A stretch of DNA of 63,922 nucleotides, counting the filler, from Acidimicrobiia bacterium (GTDB taxonomy: Bacteria; Actinomycetota; Acidimicrobiia; Spongiisociales; CAZKJJ01): NCBI GenBank assembly GCA_046759765.1. It is 9 parts of 9 records of this genome, joined end to end, with 100 filler letters (N's around TTAATTAATTAA, not from the genome) between each part and the next. Parts side by side here need not be neighbours in the genome. Positions count along the whole stretch, not along the records: positions 1 to 7,882 come from JBHICV010000118.1; positions 7,983 to 15,800 come from JBHICV010000119.1; 7 more parts are not named here. The stretch is one strand, 5' to 3'. The notes below the pieces were generated by a model. The model did not search any database and was not told the origin of the DNA. It saw only the letters and a program-made list of their open reading frames with translations. Made by a program: the position numbers and the translations under genes. This document shows positions 1 through 8,722 of the stretch, one piece after another; within the stretch, counting starts at the first letter, position 1, and every line of letters begins with the position of its first letter.

Positions 1-1
1 G

Positions 2-74
2 TGGTCAGGGGCAGAATCGAACTGCCGACCTCTGGTTTTTCAGACCAGCGCTCTACCGACTGAGCTACCTGACC
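2..74 (-). tRNA. tRNA-Phe(GAA)
   Basis: Reverse complement GGTCAGG-TAGCTCAGTCGGTAGAGC-G-CTGGT-CT-GAA-AA-ACCAG-AGGTC-GGCAG-TTCGATT-CTGCC-CCTGACC-A folds as a cloverleaf with anticodon GAA. Confidence 0.96.
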
Positions 75-78
75 AGAG

Positions 79-153
79 CGGGGACGACGGGATTTGAACC
101 CGCGACCTCCGGCTTGACAGGCCGGCGTGAACTCCTGACTTCACCACGCCCCC
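79..153 (-). tRNA. tRNA-Asp(GTC)
   Basis: Acceptor GGGGGCG/CGTCCCC, anticodon arm CCGGC-CT-GTC-AA-GCCGG, T-loop GTTCAAATC. CCA is not encoded. Tandem with tRNA-Phe. Confidence 0.96.
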
Positions 154-225
154 GCGGGCGTTGCCGAGGTTACTCCCGGCGACACGAGACCACGCCGTTG
201 TGGCGCGGTCGGAACGGATTCTACG

Positions 226-1239
226 TCAGTGACGAACGACGAGCTTCCCGAACTGCTCTCCCGCATCCATCCGAGCCAGCGCCTTCGGCAGCTCTTCGAA
301 CTCGTAGGTGGAGTCGACCAAGACCGGCACCTGACCGCGGGTGACGAGTTCGGTGACCTCATCGAACTCGCGGTGGTCGAACATGCTGGATCCGATGACC
401 TCTATCTGTCGGAAGAACAGATAGGGGACCTTGATCGTCACCTCAGTACCCGAGGTCCCGCCGGACACAAGCAGCCGACCTCCCCGAACCAGCGATCGAA
501 AAGACTGATCGAACGTAGCCGGTCCGACATTGTCGAGCACTACGTCCACACCACTGACGTCTTCCTTGATCGATTTCGAGAACTCGCTACTCGACTCGTA
601 TCCTGCTGCGGCTCCGAGTTCGAGCGCCCGGCTGATCTTCTGCGGGTCGCGAGACGTGACAAATACTTTTGCGCCCAGAGCCACACCGAGCGCCAGACCG
701 GCTGCCGCCACCCCACCTCCGATACCGGCGATGAGCAGCCGGTCGCCTGCCTCTAACCCCGCTTTTCGAAGCATGCGGTAGGCCGTGCCGTAAGCCAGTG
801 CATAAGCACCCGCTTCGTCCCAACTCAATCTTTCGGGCTTGGCAGTCACGTTTCGGGCCGGCAGCACTACGTAGTCGGCCAAGGTACCCCAGCGGTTTTC
901 ACCCAGAACCTGATAGCGGATGCAGAAAGGGGTATCTCCGGCGAGGCAGGCATCACAGACTCCGCACCCGATCGACGGATTGATTATCACGTCTTCGCCG
1001 GGGGCTATATCGGAAACACCGTCGCCAACGGACTCGACCACACCGGCGCCATCTCCTCCCGCGATGTGAGGGAAGGACTTGGGCGCGGGAAGCCCCATGG
1101 AGACCCAGACGTCGAGGTGGTTCAAGGCAGAAGTGCGAAGCTCGACGCGGACCTCACCCGGACTCGGGTCCGGAGCCTCGATCTCGCTGAGATCGAACGA
1201 GTCGATGCCAGCCGTGTCATGAAGGAGCCACGCCCGCAT
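226..1239 (-). CDS. Zinc-binding medium-chain dehydrogenase/quinone reductase family oxidoreductase
   Basis: LNHLD, GGDGAGVV, structural Zn cluster CGVCDAC..C, GIGGGV nucleotide-binding loop, C-terminal GKLVV. Confidence 0.9.
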   Translation of the reverse strand: MRAWLLHDTAGIDSFDLSEIEAPDPSPGEVRVELRTSALNHLDVWVSMGLPAPKSFPHIAGGDGAGVVESVGDGVSDIAPGEDVIINPSIGCGVCDACLAGDTPFCIRYQVLGENRWGTLADYVVLPARNVTAKPERLSWDEAGAYALAYGTAYRMLRKAGLEAGDRLLIAGIGGGVAAAGLALGVALGAKVFVTSRDPQKISRALELGAAAGYESSSEFSKSIKEDVSGVDVVLDNVGPATFDQSFRSLVRGGRLLVSGGTSGTEVTIKVPYLFFRQIEVIGSSMFDHREFDEVTELVTRGQVPVLVDSTYEFEELPKALARMDAGEQFGKLVVRH

Positions 1240-1304
1240 GTCCGGCAGCGTAGCGGGAGGGCTCGCCGGCCTGATTGGCTCGGGCTAGAGCTAACTTTCA
1301 CTAC

Positions 1305-2162
1305 ATGCGCGCTCGATTACTGACTGGCGCGGCCCTGATCGGAGGTCTCGTAGTGGGGATAGCCTCCTTGCCGCGTCTGGCCACCAAGAAGCTCAAGCCG
1401 CCACTGCTGCCGGTTGCGGCCACTCCCGACGATCTCGATCTCCCTCATGAGCAGATCTGGCTACGCAGCCCGACCGGCACCAGGGTTCATGCCTGGTTCA
1501 TTCCCTCGCAGCAGACAGGCCCGGCGGTGGTGGTGATGCACGGTTGGACGGCAAACTCGGGCTGGATGCTCCCGATGGCCGGGCCACTACGGACGGCCGG
1601 GTTTCATGTGCTGTTCATCGATGGGCGAGGACACGGATTCAGCGAGCCGGATGAGTTCACCGGCGCGCTTCAGTTCTCGGAGGACATCGAGGCGGGGTTG
1701 GATTGGCTGCGGTCTGACCCGCGAGTCACCACCCTTGGGGTGCTTGGTCACTCAGCCGGCGGAAGCGCTGCCATCCTCGCTGCCTCCCGTCGGCGGTACG
1801 TTGGAGCCGTCGTCGCCGCGGCAGCCGTCGCCGATCCCAGACTCATCCGATGGGGCTGGCTGCCACAAGGCACCCAGGAGGCCTTCATGCGCTACGTGTC
1901 ACGGCGGACCGGTTATCGCACGGAGGAGATGATCCCGACCGAGCGGATCCCATTGATTCGAGCGCCCATATTGCTGATCCACGGTGAAGCCGACGATATG
2001 GTGCCGGTCCGGCACAGTCGACTCCTGGGAGAGGCTGCCCTCGACGCGGAGCTGTTGATTCTGCCCGAGGGAGATCACTCGTCGATTGACAAGTTCGCCC
2101 CGGCCGGGCCGAGGGTGGTGGAGTTCTTTAGGCAGCACCTGATGGCCGGCGAAGCGGGTTAA
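1305..2162 (+). CDS. Alpha/beta hydrolase with N-terminal membrane anchor
   Basis: VVMHGW, DGRGHG, nucleophile GHSAG, HGEADD acid, GDH His. ATG at 1305 preferred over TTG at 1275. Confidence 0.88.
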   Translation: MRARLLTGAALIGGLVVGIASLPRLATKKLKPPLLPVAATPDDLDLPHEQIWLRSPTGTRVHAWFIPSQQTGPAVVVMHGWTANSGWMLPMAGPLRTAGFHVLFIDGRGHGFSEPDEFTGALQFSEDIEAGLDWLRSDPRVTTLGVLGHSAGGSAAILAASRRRYVGAVVAAAAVADPRLIRWGWLPQGTQEAFMRYVSRRTGYRTEEMIPTERIPLIRAPILLIHGEADDMVPVRHSRLLGEAALDAELLILPEGDHSSIDKFAPAGPRVVEFFRQHLMAGEAG

Positions 2163-2851
2163 CTCTCCAGCTCCCGTGCGATTGCCATCTCCCGGCTGTA
2201 TCGCATCCAATCGGAGGTCTTGGTTGACCAGACGGCGTCGCTAACGAACTGACCGAAGCCGATCACCAGTAGGACGATCCACGTCCAGGAAGGCGCTCCG
2301 GAGGCCAGCGCGGGACCCAGCATCAAAAAGGGCACCAGCTTCGTAACGATGGCTCCGGCGGCATGCATCCAAGCCCTCGGTCGAGCGGCGGTGCGAACGT
2401 AAGAGGCCTTGTCAGTTTTCAGCCCCGGCTGGGGACTGCGGATCGAAGCGACAAACCACGAGATGAACCGGATCCCGACCAGGCCTCCGACGACCACATG
2501 CCCCAACCCGTGGGTCGTTCCCAGGAGGACACCCACGCCGGCCAGGATCGCCACACCATTCCATGGATCCGTCAGGTAGTAGCCCGCGGCGACGAGCCCC
2601 AGCCCGGCTGCTGTTCCTACCACGGCCAGGACGGTGCCCAGTGACGCACCCACCCTGACCAGCGGCTCCCAACGCTCAAAGATGAGCTTGTCGATCACGC
2701 CTATCTGATCCGCGTGGCGTTGGACGAGCTCAGGGTCGCGCTTGACGACTCCGACCGCGTTCCAGAAAGCCTTGAGGTCGGCCCCCTCCGATTGCTTCAA
2801 AGCCTTCTCGGTTTCGTTCAGAACCGCGGCTATCGCGGGCCGGTCCGACAC
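2159..2851 (-). CDS. Hypothetical multi-pass membrane protein
   Basis: 230-aa ORF with about 4 hydrophobic segments and an HGLGH motif (HExxH-like but with G in place of E). Confidence 0.7.
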   Translation of the reverse strand: MSDRPAIAAVLNETEKALKQSEGADLKAFWNAVGVVKRDPELVQRHADQIGVIDKLIFERWEPLVRVGASLGTVLAVVGTAAGLGLVAAGYYLTDPWNGVAILAGVGVLLGTTHGLGHVVVGGLVGIRFISWFVASIRSPQPGLKTDKASYVRTAARPRAWMHAAGAIVTKLVPFLMLGPALASGAPSWTWIVLLVIGFGQFVSDAVWSTKTSDWMRYSREMAIARELES

Positions 2852-2889
2852 TGAGCTGCACGTTAGCCCCAGGGCTACTCTCCCGATCC

Positions 2890-3285
2890 ATGCCTCACCG
2901 ATTCCGGGTCAAGGTTCGATTCGCGGAGCTCGACCCGTACGACCATGTCAACCATGCGGTCTACTTCACCTACTGCGAGACGGCTCGCATCGAGCTGCTC
3001 GACGAAATCGGTTGGGGGATGGACAAGCTCGCGGAAATGGATCGGCACATCGTTGTTTCGGAGGTCAGCGCCCGGTTCCTAGCCGCCGCCGAACTCGGTG
3101 ACGAACTAGTGGTGGAAACCATTGTCGACGTAAAGCGGATCACTTCGCGCTGGAGCCAGCGCATTCTTCGCAATGGTGAGCCGATCGTGGAAGCGGAGCT
3201 CACCGGGGCTGTTACCGACCTCGCAGGGCGACCTCTGCGCATCCCTGCCGGCTTGGCCGAGGCCTTGGAGACCTACAGGGAATAG
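2890..3285 (+). CDS. Acyl-CoA thioesterase (4HBT/YbgC hotdog family)
   Basis: VRFAELDPYDHVNHAVYFTYCETAR signature. Confidence 0.92.
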   Translation: MPHRFRVKVRFAELDPYDHVNHAVYFTYCETARIELLDEIGWGMDKLAEMDRHIVVSEVSARFLAAAELGDELVVETIVDVKRITSRWSQRILRNGEPIVEAELTGAVTDLAGRPLRIPAGLAEALETYRE

Positions 3286-3734
3286 CTAGATCGTCGCCAG
3301 GTCGTCCAGAAGCGGCTTCCTGTATTCCTCGGAGCCGACATCGGCGGCCTCCCTGCGGGCGGCCTCCGTGTAACGCTTCTTGAGATCGTCATTCCCGGCG
3401 CCGGCCTCTGCTCGAGCGAGCGCCTCGAAGCCGTAGCCGACGTAGAACGGTCCGAGGTCGTTGTCGCGAGCCAGGTCCAGACTCTGCTGGCCGTAGTGGC
3501 GCGCTCGCTCCGGTAAGCCCGCAAGGGCGTAGACGCGGGCCAGCTGCCACGCACCGACCGAGAGGTTCGTGGGCGTGTGGTGCTCCACTTGCTGCCAATG
3601 CCAAGCGGAGGCATGGACATGTGGATCATCTCCTCGGTCTGTTCGGCCGTCCGGTCCTGGGTATCAATCAACTTCCAAGCTCCGTTGAACGTGTCGACCG
3701 CCATCTGGCGATGGGGAATCGGCTGGTTGTCCAC
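3286..3734 (-). pseudogene. Conserved hypothetical helical protein split by an apparent 1-nt deletion at 3615-3616
   Basis: GTG start at 3734 after GAAGGAGG. Frame A reads ...FNGAWKLI..DRT..EEMIHMS; frame B continues HASAWHWQQV...GAWQLARVYA to the stop at 3286. One extra base joins them. Could be a sequencing error. Confidence 0.7.
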
Positions 3735-3760
3735 GGTCCCTCCTTCAAAGGAGGGCAACC

Positions 3761-4756
3761 TTAACGAACAGTGGTGACCTGCTCCGGATCGATATTGAGC
3801 CGCACCCGGCCGTCCTTCGGTGGGCTCTGGGTCTCGACTGTCACAGGAGTTGGTCCGCCCAGGTCGACCGTCACCTGCCAGCGTCCTGCCAGGAATCGGA
3901 AGTCGATGACCTCCCCGACCAGCGGCCCATCGGATTGAAACCGTAAGGCCCCCGGCCGCACCAGGAGACGGTGCCTGCCGTCGGCGATATCGGGCACGGG
4001 GAATCGGCCCCACGATGTCGTCGCGCCGCCGTCTCGGACGTCCGCGTCGATCCAGGTGGTCTGACCCAAGAAGGTGGCGACCCACTCACTTCCGGGATCT
4101 GTCCAGATCTGCTCAGGTGTGCCCGACTGAACGATCCGACCCCGCCTGAGAACCATTATTCGGTGACCGAGAGCGAACGCCTCCTCCTGGTCGTGGGTGA
4201 CGTAGAGGGCGGTGACGCCGACCTGTGACAGCAGCTGGCGCAGCTCGGTGGCGAGCTGTTCACGAAGTGCTCGGTCGAGCGCTCCGAGAGGCTCGTCCAG
4301 CATCAGCATGACGGGCTGCGGTGCCAGAGTTCTGGCTAGGGCCACCCGCTGCTGCTCTCCTCCGGATAAGCTCCCTACTCCGCGTTTCTCGAATCCCGCC
4401 ATGCCCACCATCTCGAGAACTTCGGCGACCCGTGTTGCGATATCGGGATGCTTCTGCATCCGCAGGCCGAACGCCACGTTCTCACTGACCGTCCGATGGG
4501 GGAAGAGGGCGTAGTCCTGGAACATCAACCCGAACCCGCGCTTGTGAGTGGGAAGGTCGATCACCGAATGTCCGTCCCACGTGACGTCGCCGTTGGCGAT
4601 GGGCTGGAGCCCGGCGATTGCCCGCAGCAACGTTGTCTTACCCGATCCACTGGGACCGAGCACCGACAGGACCTCGCCGTCGCCGACTTCGAAACTGATG
4701 TCGGTGAGCAGAGTTTCACCGGCCACCGACAAAGATAGCTCTCGTACCTCGAGCAT
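3761..4756 (-). CDS. thiQ: Thiamine ABC transporter ATP-binding subunit
   Basis: Walker A GPSGSGKT, LSGGEQQ signature, MLDEP Walker B. Third gene of the TPP-riboswitch operon; 1-nt stop/start overlap with thiP. Confidence 0.88.
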   Translation of the reverse strand: MLEVRELSLSVAGETLLTDISFEVGDGEVLSVLGPSGSGKTTLLRAIAGLQPIANGDVTWDGHSVIDLPTHKRGFGLMFQDYALFPHRTVSENVAFGLRMQKHPDIATRVAEVLEMVGMAGFEKRGVGSLSGGEQQRVALARTLAPQPVMLMLDEPLGALDRALREQLATELRQLLSQVGVTALYVTHDQEEAFALGHRIMVLRRGRIVQSGTPEQIWTDPGSEWVATFLGQTTWIDADVRDGGATTSWGRFPVPDIADGRHRLLVRPGALRFQSDGPLVGEVIDFRFLAGRWQVTVDLGGPTPVTVETQSPPKDGRVRLNIDPEQVTTVR

Positions 4757-6408
4757 CAGAACTCCGATCCCACTCGGTACCTGTCGATGATCAGAATCGC
4801 GGCTCCGGTCAGGATCACGAGAAAGGTGCTCATGGCCATTGCCTGGCCGAAATTGGCCGCACCTGGCTGGCTCAGAAGGCGGAAGATCGCAATCGGGAGA
4901 GTGGGGCTGTCGGGTCGGACAATGAATGACGTGGCGCCGAACTCGCCCAGCGACACGGCCAGCGCGAAGCCGGCGCCGACCGCGGCGGCCCGCCCGATGA
5001 GCGGCAGGTCAACCTCGCGCCACGCCTGAGCTGGAGAAGCGCCCAGCACCGCCGCCGCCTCTCGCAAGCGAGTCTGCACCGAGCGCATCACCGGAACGGC
5101 GGTTCTCACCACGAGCGGGATGGCGACTAGAGCGTGGGCGATCGGTATCAGCCAAGCCGACGCTCGCAGGTCTATCGGCTGGTCGAGGGCGATGAGGAAT
5201 CCAAAGCCGATTGTCACCGCGGACGTGCCCAGAGGGAGCATCAGGAACGTGTCGAATCCCCGGGAGAGACGGCCCTTTCGGTAGGCAACGACGGCTGCGG
5301 CCATGAGCCCAACCGTCACAGCCAACACGGTGGCGACGGTGCCAAAGGCCAAGCTGTTGCTAATTGCTTCAGTGGGGGTTACAAACAGCGCCGAGGCGCC
5401 ACCCTCGGCAAGAGATCCATAGTGATCGAGTCCCCAGCCGACTGGTGTCCGGAATGAGCGTCCCACCAAAACCGCGATCGGCGCGCCCAGCAGGACTGCC
5501 GTTCCTCCGAGCGTGGCCGCCACCAGGCCGCGTTCGGTAAGCGTCGTCGGCGCGCGCGCGGTCAGCCCGGGCGGCTTTAGCGGCTGCTCGATGGCCCTCC
5601 GTTGTTGATACCGGGCATAGGCAACGAGGATTCCGGCCACTCCCACGAGCTGAAGGACGGCCAGCGCGGCAGCCACATCGAGATTCAGGAATGAAGTCGT
5701 CTGTCGCCAGATCTCGACCTCCAGAGTGCGGAACTCGAGGCCACCCAAAATCAGGATCACGCCAAACGACGTGAAGGTGAAAAGGAACACAAGGGAAGAG
5801 GCTGCCGCGATGGCCGGCCGGAGCAAGGGGAGGGAAACCTCCTTGAAGGTCTGCCAGCGGCTCGCTCCCAACGCTCGAGCCGCTTCTTCGAGACGGGGAT
5901 CGAGCTGCTCCCACAACGTCCCGACGGTCCGGACAACGATGGCGTAGTTGTAGAAAACGTGGGCCGCCAAAATCGCCCAGATTGTTCGGCTCAGGTCGAC
6001 GCCGAGGGCACCGTTCGGACCGATCAACGCCAGGAAGGCCGTCCCCACTACCACGGTGGGAAGGACAAAGGGGATGGTGACCGCGGCCCGGAAGAGGCTG
6101 CGCCCCCGGAAGCGAAAGCGGGCGAATACGTAGGCGGCCGGAAGCCCGGCCAGAACCGTCAGCAGCGTGGAGACTGTCGCCTGCCAGATGGTGAAAAACG
6201 CCGTTCCGCGAAGCGTGGGCCGGGTCAGGACGTCACCGAAGGCCGACAGATCCAGGCTGCCGTCGGTGGTGAAGCTCGTCGTCAGGATCGATATCAGCGG
6301 GTAAAGGAAGAAATAGCCGAGGAAGACCGTAGGAACGACCGCGATCAGCGTCCGTCCCCCGCGTCCCACCGTCGGCTGCGCCCCTACGGCAACACCACGT
6401 CGGTCCAT
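4756..6408 (-). CDS. thiP: Thiamine ABC transporter permease
   Basis: Two EAA loops (LEEAARALGAS, LREAAAVLGAS), about 12 TM segments, lies between thiB and thiQ. Confidence 0.9.
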   Translation of the reverse strand: MDRRGVAVGAQPTVGRGGRTLIAVVPTVFLGYFFLYPLISILTTSFTTDGSLDLSAFGDVLTRPTLRGTAFFTIWQATVSTLLTVLAGLPAAYVFARFRFRGRSLFRAAVTIPFVLPTVVVGTAFLALIGPNGALGVDLSRTIWAILAAHVFYNYAIVVRTVGTLWEQLDPRLEEAARALGASRWQTFKEVSLPLLRPAIAAASSLVFLFTFTSFGVILILGGLEFRTLEVEIWRQTTSFLNLDVAAALAVLQLVGVAGILVAYARYQQRRAIEQPLKPPGLTARAPTTLTERGLVAATLGGTAVLLGAPIAVLVGRSFRTPVGWGLDHYGSLAEGGASALFVTPTEAISNSLAFGTVATVLAVTVGLMAAAVVAYRKGRLSRGFDTFLMLPLGTSAVTIGFGFLIALDQPIDLRASAWLIPIAHALVAIPLVVRTAVPVMRSVQTRLREAAAVLGASPAQAWREVDLPLIGRAAAVGAGFALAVSLGEFGATSFIVRPDSPTLPIAIFRLLSQPGAANFGQAMAMSTFLVILTGAAILIIDRYRVGSEF

Positions 6409-7529
6409 GCCTCGATCCAGATCTCGCGATTCTCATCGATCGTGTGGGGGTCGAGCGTCACCGGTTCCGAAGGGACCACGGTGTGCTGTACCCACTCCGC
6501 GGGCAATTTGGCCCGCTCATGGGCCGGGAACACGAACATGTTGAGGGGGATGTCCTCCTGGAACCTCAGAGTGAGGAGGAAGTCCATGAACAGCTCCGCT
6601 CCGGCCCTACGCTCCGTCCCGACGAGGATCCCGGCGAACTCGATCTGGCGGAAGCAGCCCGCCTCAATCACACCGGTAGGGGCCTCAGCCAGGGGGTCCT
6701 CGACCTCGAACGGCGGCGAGGATGCGTAGGAGACGACAAGGGGTCTGTCGCCGCCCCACTTGCTGAACGCCGTGAAGTATGCCTCTTCCCATCCGGAGGT
6801 AACGAGCACATCGTTCGCCTTCAGGTCTTGCCAGAAGTCGAGCCACGTATAGGTGCCGGTCTCTCCAAAGGTGCCGACAGTGGCCATCAGAAAGGCGAGC
6901 CCTGGAGAAGACGTGGCGGGGTTCTCGACTACCAAAAGGCCCTGGTACTCCGGGCGGGCCAGGTCCCGGAGCGCGGTCGGCACGGGAAGACCGATTTTGG
7001 CGAAGGCCGCTTTCTCGTAGTTGAGGCAGACGTCCCCGAAGTCGATCGGCGTGACCCGTCCCTCGGGATCGAGCTGCAGGGCTTCAGGCACGAACTCCAG
7101 TCCGACCGGACGGTACGGCTCGAAGATTCCCTCCTCGAGCGCTCGAGATACGAAGGTGTTATCCACTCCGAAGAGGACATCCGCCAGCGGGTTGTCCTTG
7201 GTCAGGATCGCCTGGTTGACCATCGTCCCTGCGTCCCCGCCCCTCAGGATGCTGACTTCGATGCCCGTTTCGACCGTGAACGTGTCGAGCACGTTCTCGG
7301 AGACCGCGAAGGAGTCGTGCGTGAGGAGAGTGAGTTCCGGGTCGACTACATCGGCGGGGCTCGTCGGCGGTGGTTCAGTGGTGCCGGGAGTTGCCGGTGA
7401 GTCAGTGGTGACGGGCGATGGCGTTGTAACCGGTGGTTCGGTCGTGGTGCTCTCACCCGCGCATGAAACTGCGATGAGGGCGACGAGGACTGCAACAAGG
7501 AGAGCTCTCCGGGACACACTGACTCCCAT
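6384..7529 (-). CDS. thiB: Thiamine ABC transporter substrate-binding lipoprotein
   Basis: Lipobox IAVSC, P/T-rich linker, THDSF, GDAG, NPATSSPGLAF, VSYASSP, CFRQIEFAG. Directly downstream of the TPP riboswitch. Confidence 0.94.
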   Translation of the reverse strand: MGVSVSRRALLVAVLVALIAVSCAGESTTTEPPVTTPSPVTTDSPATPGTTEPPPTSPADVVDPELTLLTHDSFAVSENVLDTFTVETGIEVSILRGGDAGTMVNQAILTKDNPLADVLFGVDNTFVSRALEEGIFEPYRPVGLEFVPEALQLDPEGRVTPIDFGDVCLNYEKAAFAKIGLPVPTALRDLARPEYQGLLVVENPATSSPGLAFLMATVGTFGETGTYTWLDFWQDLKANDVLVTSGWEEAYFTAFSKWGGDRPLVVSYASSPPFEVEDPLAEAPTGVIEAGCFRQIEFAGILVGTERRAGAELFMDFLLTLRFQEDIPLNMFVFPAHERAKLPAEWVQHTVVPSEPVTLDPHTIDENREIWIEAWTDVVLP

Positions 7530-7555
7530 CTCTCGTGGGGAGCCGGAGCGACGAG

Positions 7556-7646
7556 CCTCCCTACGCCGGCATTATCCGGAGCAGGTTCTGGCGGTCGGAG
7601 GCTTCGAGCCTCCCTCTCAGCCCGGTCTCACCGAGCTCCCGCGTAT
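7556..7646 (-). ncRNA. TPP (thi-box) riboswitch
   Basis: Reverse complement CGCGGGAGCTCGG...GGGCTGAGAGG...GACCG.CAGAACCTGCTCCGGATAATGCCGGCGTAGGGAG carries the CUGAGA, ACCUG, UAAUGCCGGCGUAGGGA core. Sits upstream of thiB. Confidence 0.96.
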
Positions 7647-7652
7647 ACCTCC

Positions 7653-7660
7653 ATCATAAT
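7653..7660. promoter_or_regulatory. Overlapping divergent -10 boxes (TATGAT on minus, CATAAT on plus)
   Basis: ATCATAAT lies about 7 nt upstream of the riboswitch 5' end on the minus strand and about 100 nt upstream of thiI on the plus strand. Confidence 0.5.
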
Positions 7661-7761
7661 GTGCGGCTCGCTGACACTCAGGAGACCGGCCCGGCGGGCG
7701 GTAAGCTCCTTAGTTGGCGGATTCCCGCCGACCACGCTCTCCGCCGATAGGAGGTCTCCTA

Positions 7762-7882
7762 ATGGCCGAATACCTTCGGGTGACTCCATCCGGCGAGATA
7801 TACCTCAAGTCACCCCAAACGAGGTCTCGTTTCATCGAGCGGCTGCAGGACAACCTGGCCGAAGGGATCAAGCATCGGGGCT
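7762..7882 (+). CDS. thiI: tRNA 4-thiouridine synthase ThiI, N-terminal fragment (cut by contig end)
   Basis: AGGAGG SD, then MAEYLRVTPSGEIYLKSPQTRSRFIERLQDNL, matching the ThiI N-terminal GEIxLKSxxxRxxFxxxLxxN pattern. Confidence 0.78.
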
Positions 7883-7982
7883 NNNNNNNNNNNNNNNNNN
7901 NNNNNNNNNNNNNNNNNNNNNNNNNNTTAATTAATTAANNNNNNNNNNNNNNNNNNNNNNNNNNNNNNNNNNNNNNNNNNNN
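7883..7982. other. Artificial contig linker
   Basis: 44 N + TTAATTAATTAA (stops in all six frames) + 44 N. Confidence 0.99.
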
Positions 7983-8092
7983 TGATGATCGAGGGCGCGG
8001 ATCACAACGACTTCGAGTTAACGGCCGGTAACCAGCTGGTGACTGAGGTCGTGGACTTCCTCGACAATGTGATTCTTGCCGGCTCCAGCTGA
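7983..8092 (+). CDS. C-terminal end of an alpha/beta hydrolase (5' part off contig)
   Basis: IEGADHNDFELTAGNQLVTEVVDFL: catalytic-His GADHND followed by the terminal helix; TGA at 8090-8092. Confidence 0.65.
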
Positions 8093-8235
8093 ACGGCCGT
8101 GCAGATTGGGTAACCGCTGGAGAGCGGCACACATCGAGCTTCGATCACGAACCGCGGATAGGCAGTTCTGGCAGCCCATATCGGCACATATGCGCTACCT
8201 GAGATGGTCGTTGGGGGCCCCACCAATGTTGCCGG

Positions 8236-8406
8236 TTATTGGCCGCTCAAGAGGGGGGCGTCTGCCTGTCTCTTGCCGATTTGTGCTGCCAGGGGCATGA
8301 GGATGACCAGTCCGACCATGCCGGCGACGATCACGAGGGTGAGGACATCAGGGTTGTCGGAGAAGTTTTGCAGGGCTACTACGAATGCCGGTGAGAGGTT
8401 TCTTTG
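8236..8406 (-). pseudogene. 3' remnant of a bile acid:sodium symporter (BASS) family gene
   Basis: QRNLSPAFVVALQNFSDNPDVLTLVIVAGMVGLVILMPLAAQIGKR resembles the BASS C-terminus. An in-frame TAA lies just upstream with no start codon in between. Not in the ORF track. Confidence 0.65.
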
Positions 8407-8482
8407 GAGGCGGCGAGTCGGTTGCGTCAGTTAACCGAGCCATGCGCCTTATGCCGATAGCTGTTCGTACACTCTGGAGACG

Positions 8483-8674
8483 GTGACAGGTGGACAGGTC
8501 TTCTTGGCGTACGTCCGTGAGGACTCAGAAAGAGTCGATCGTCTTCAGGCCCAGCTTGAAGGAGTCGGGCTCCAGGTATGGCGTGACGTCAAGGACCTAT
8601 GGCCTGGTGACGTCTGGAAGCTGAAAATCCAGGAGATGATCGAATCTGGCACGGGTGATGGGAACCCGTTCTGA
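8483..8674 (+). pseudogene. Truncated TIR (TIR_2-like) domain gene
   Basis: VFLAYVREDSERVDRL...GLQVWRD..DLWPGD.W..KI..MI is the first half of a TIR fold. Stops at 63 aa, before the catalytic-Glu helix. Confidence 0.72.
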
Positions 8675-8722
8675 CCTCAGCCTTCGTCCTCGGCCACCCT
8701 CTCGTGAACTGAGGGAAGGTGC

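Noticed and set aside
7927..7938. Recurrent TTAATTAATTAA palindrome about every 7.5 kb
   Set aside because: Always centred in 88 N; a synthetic six-frame-stop linker, not a biological repeat or CRISPR.
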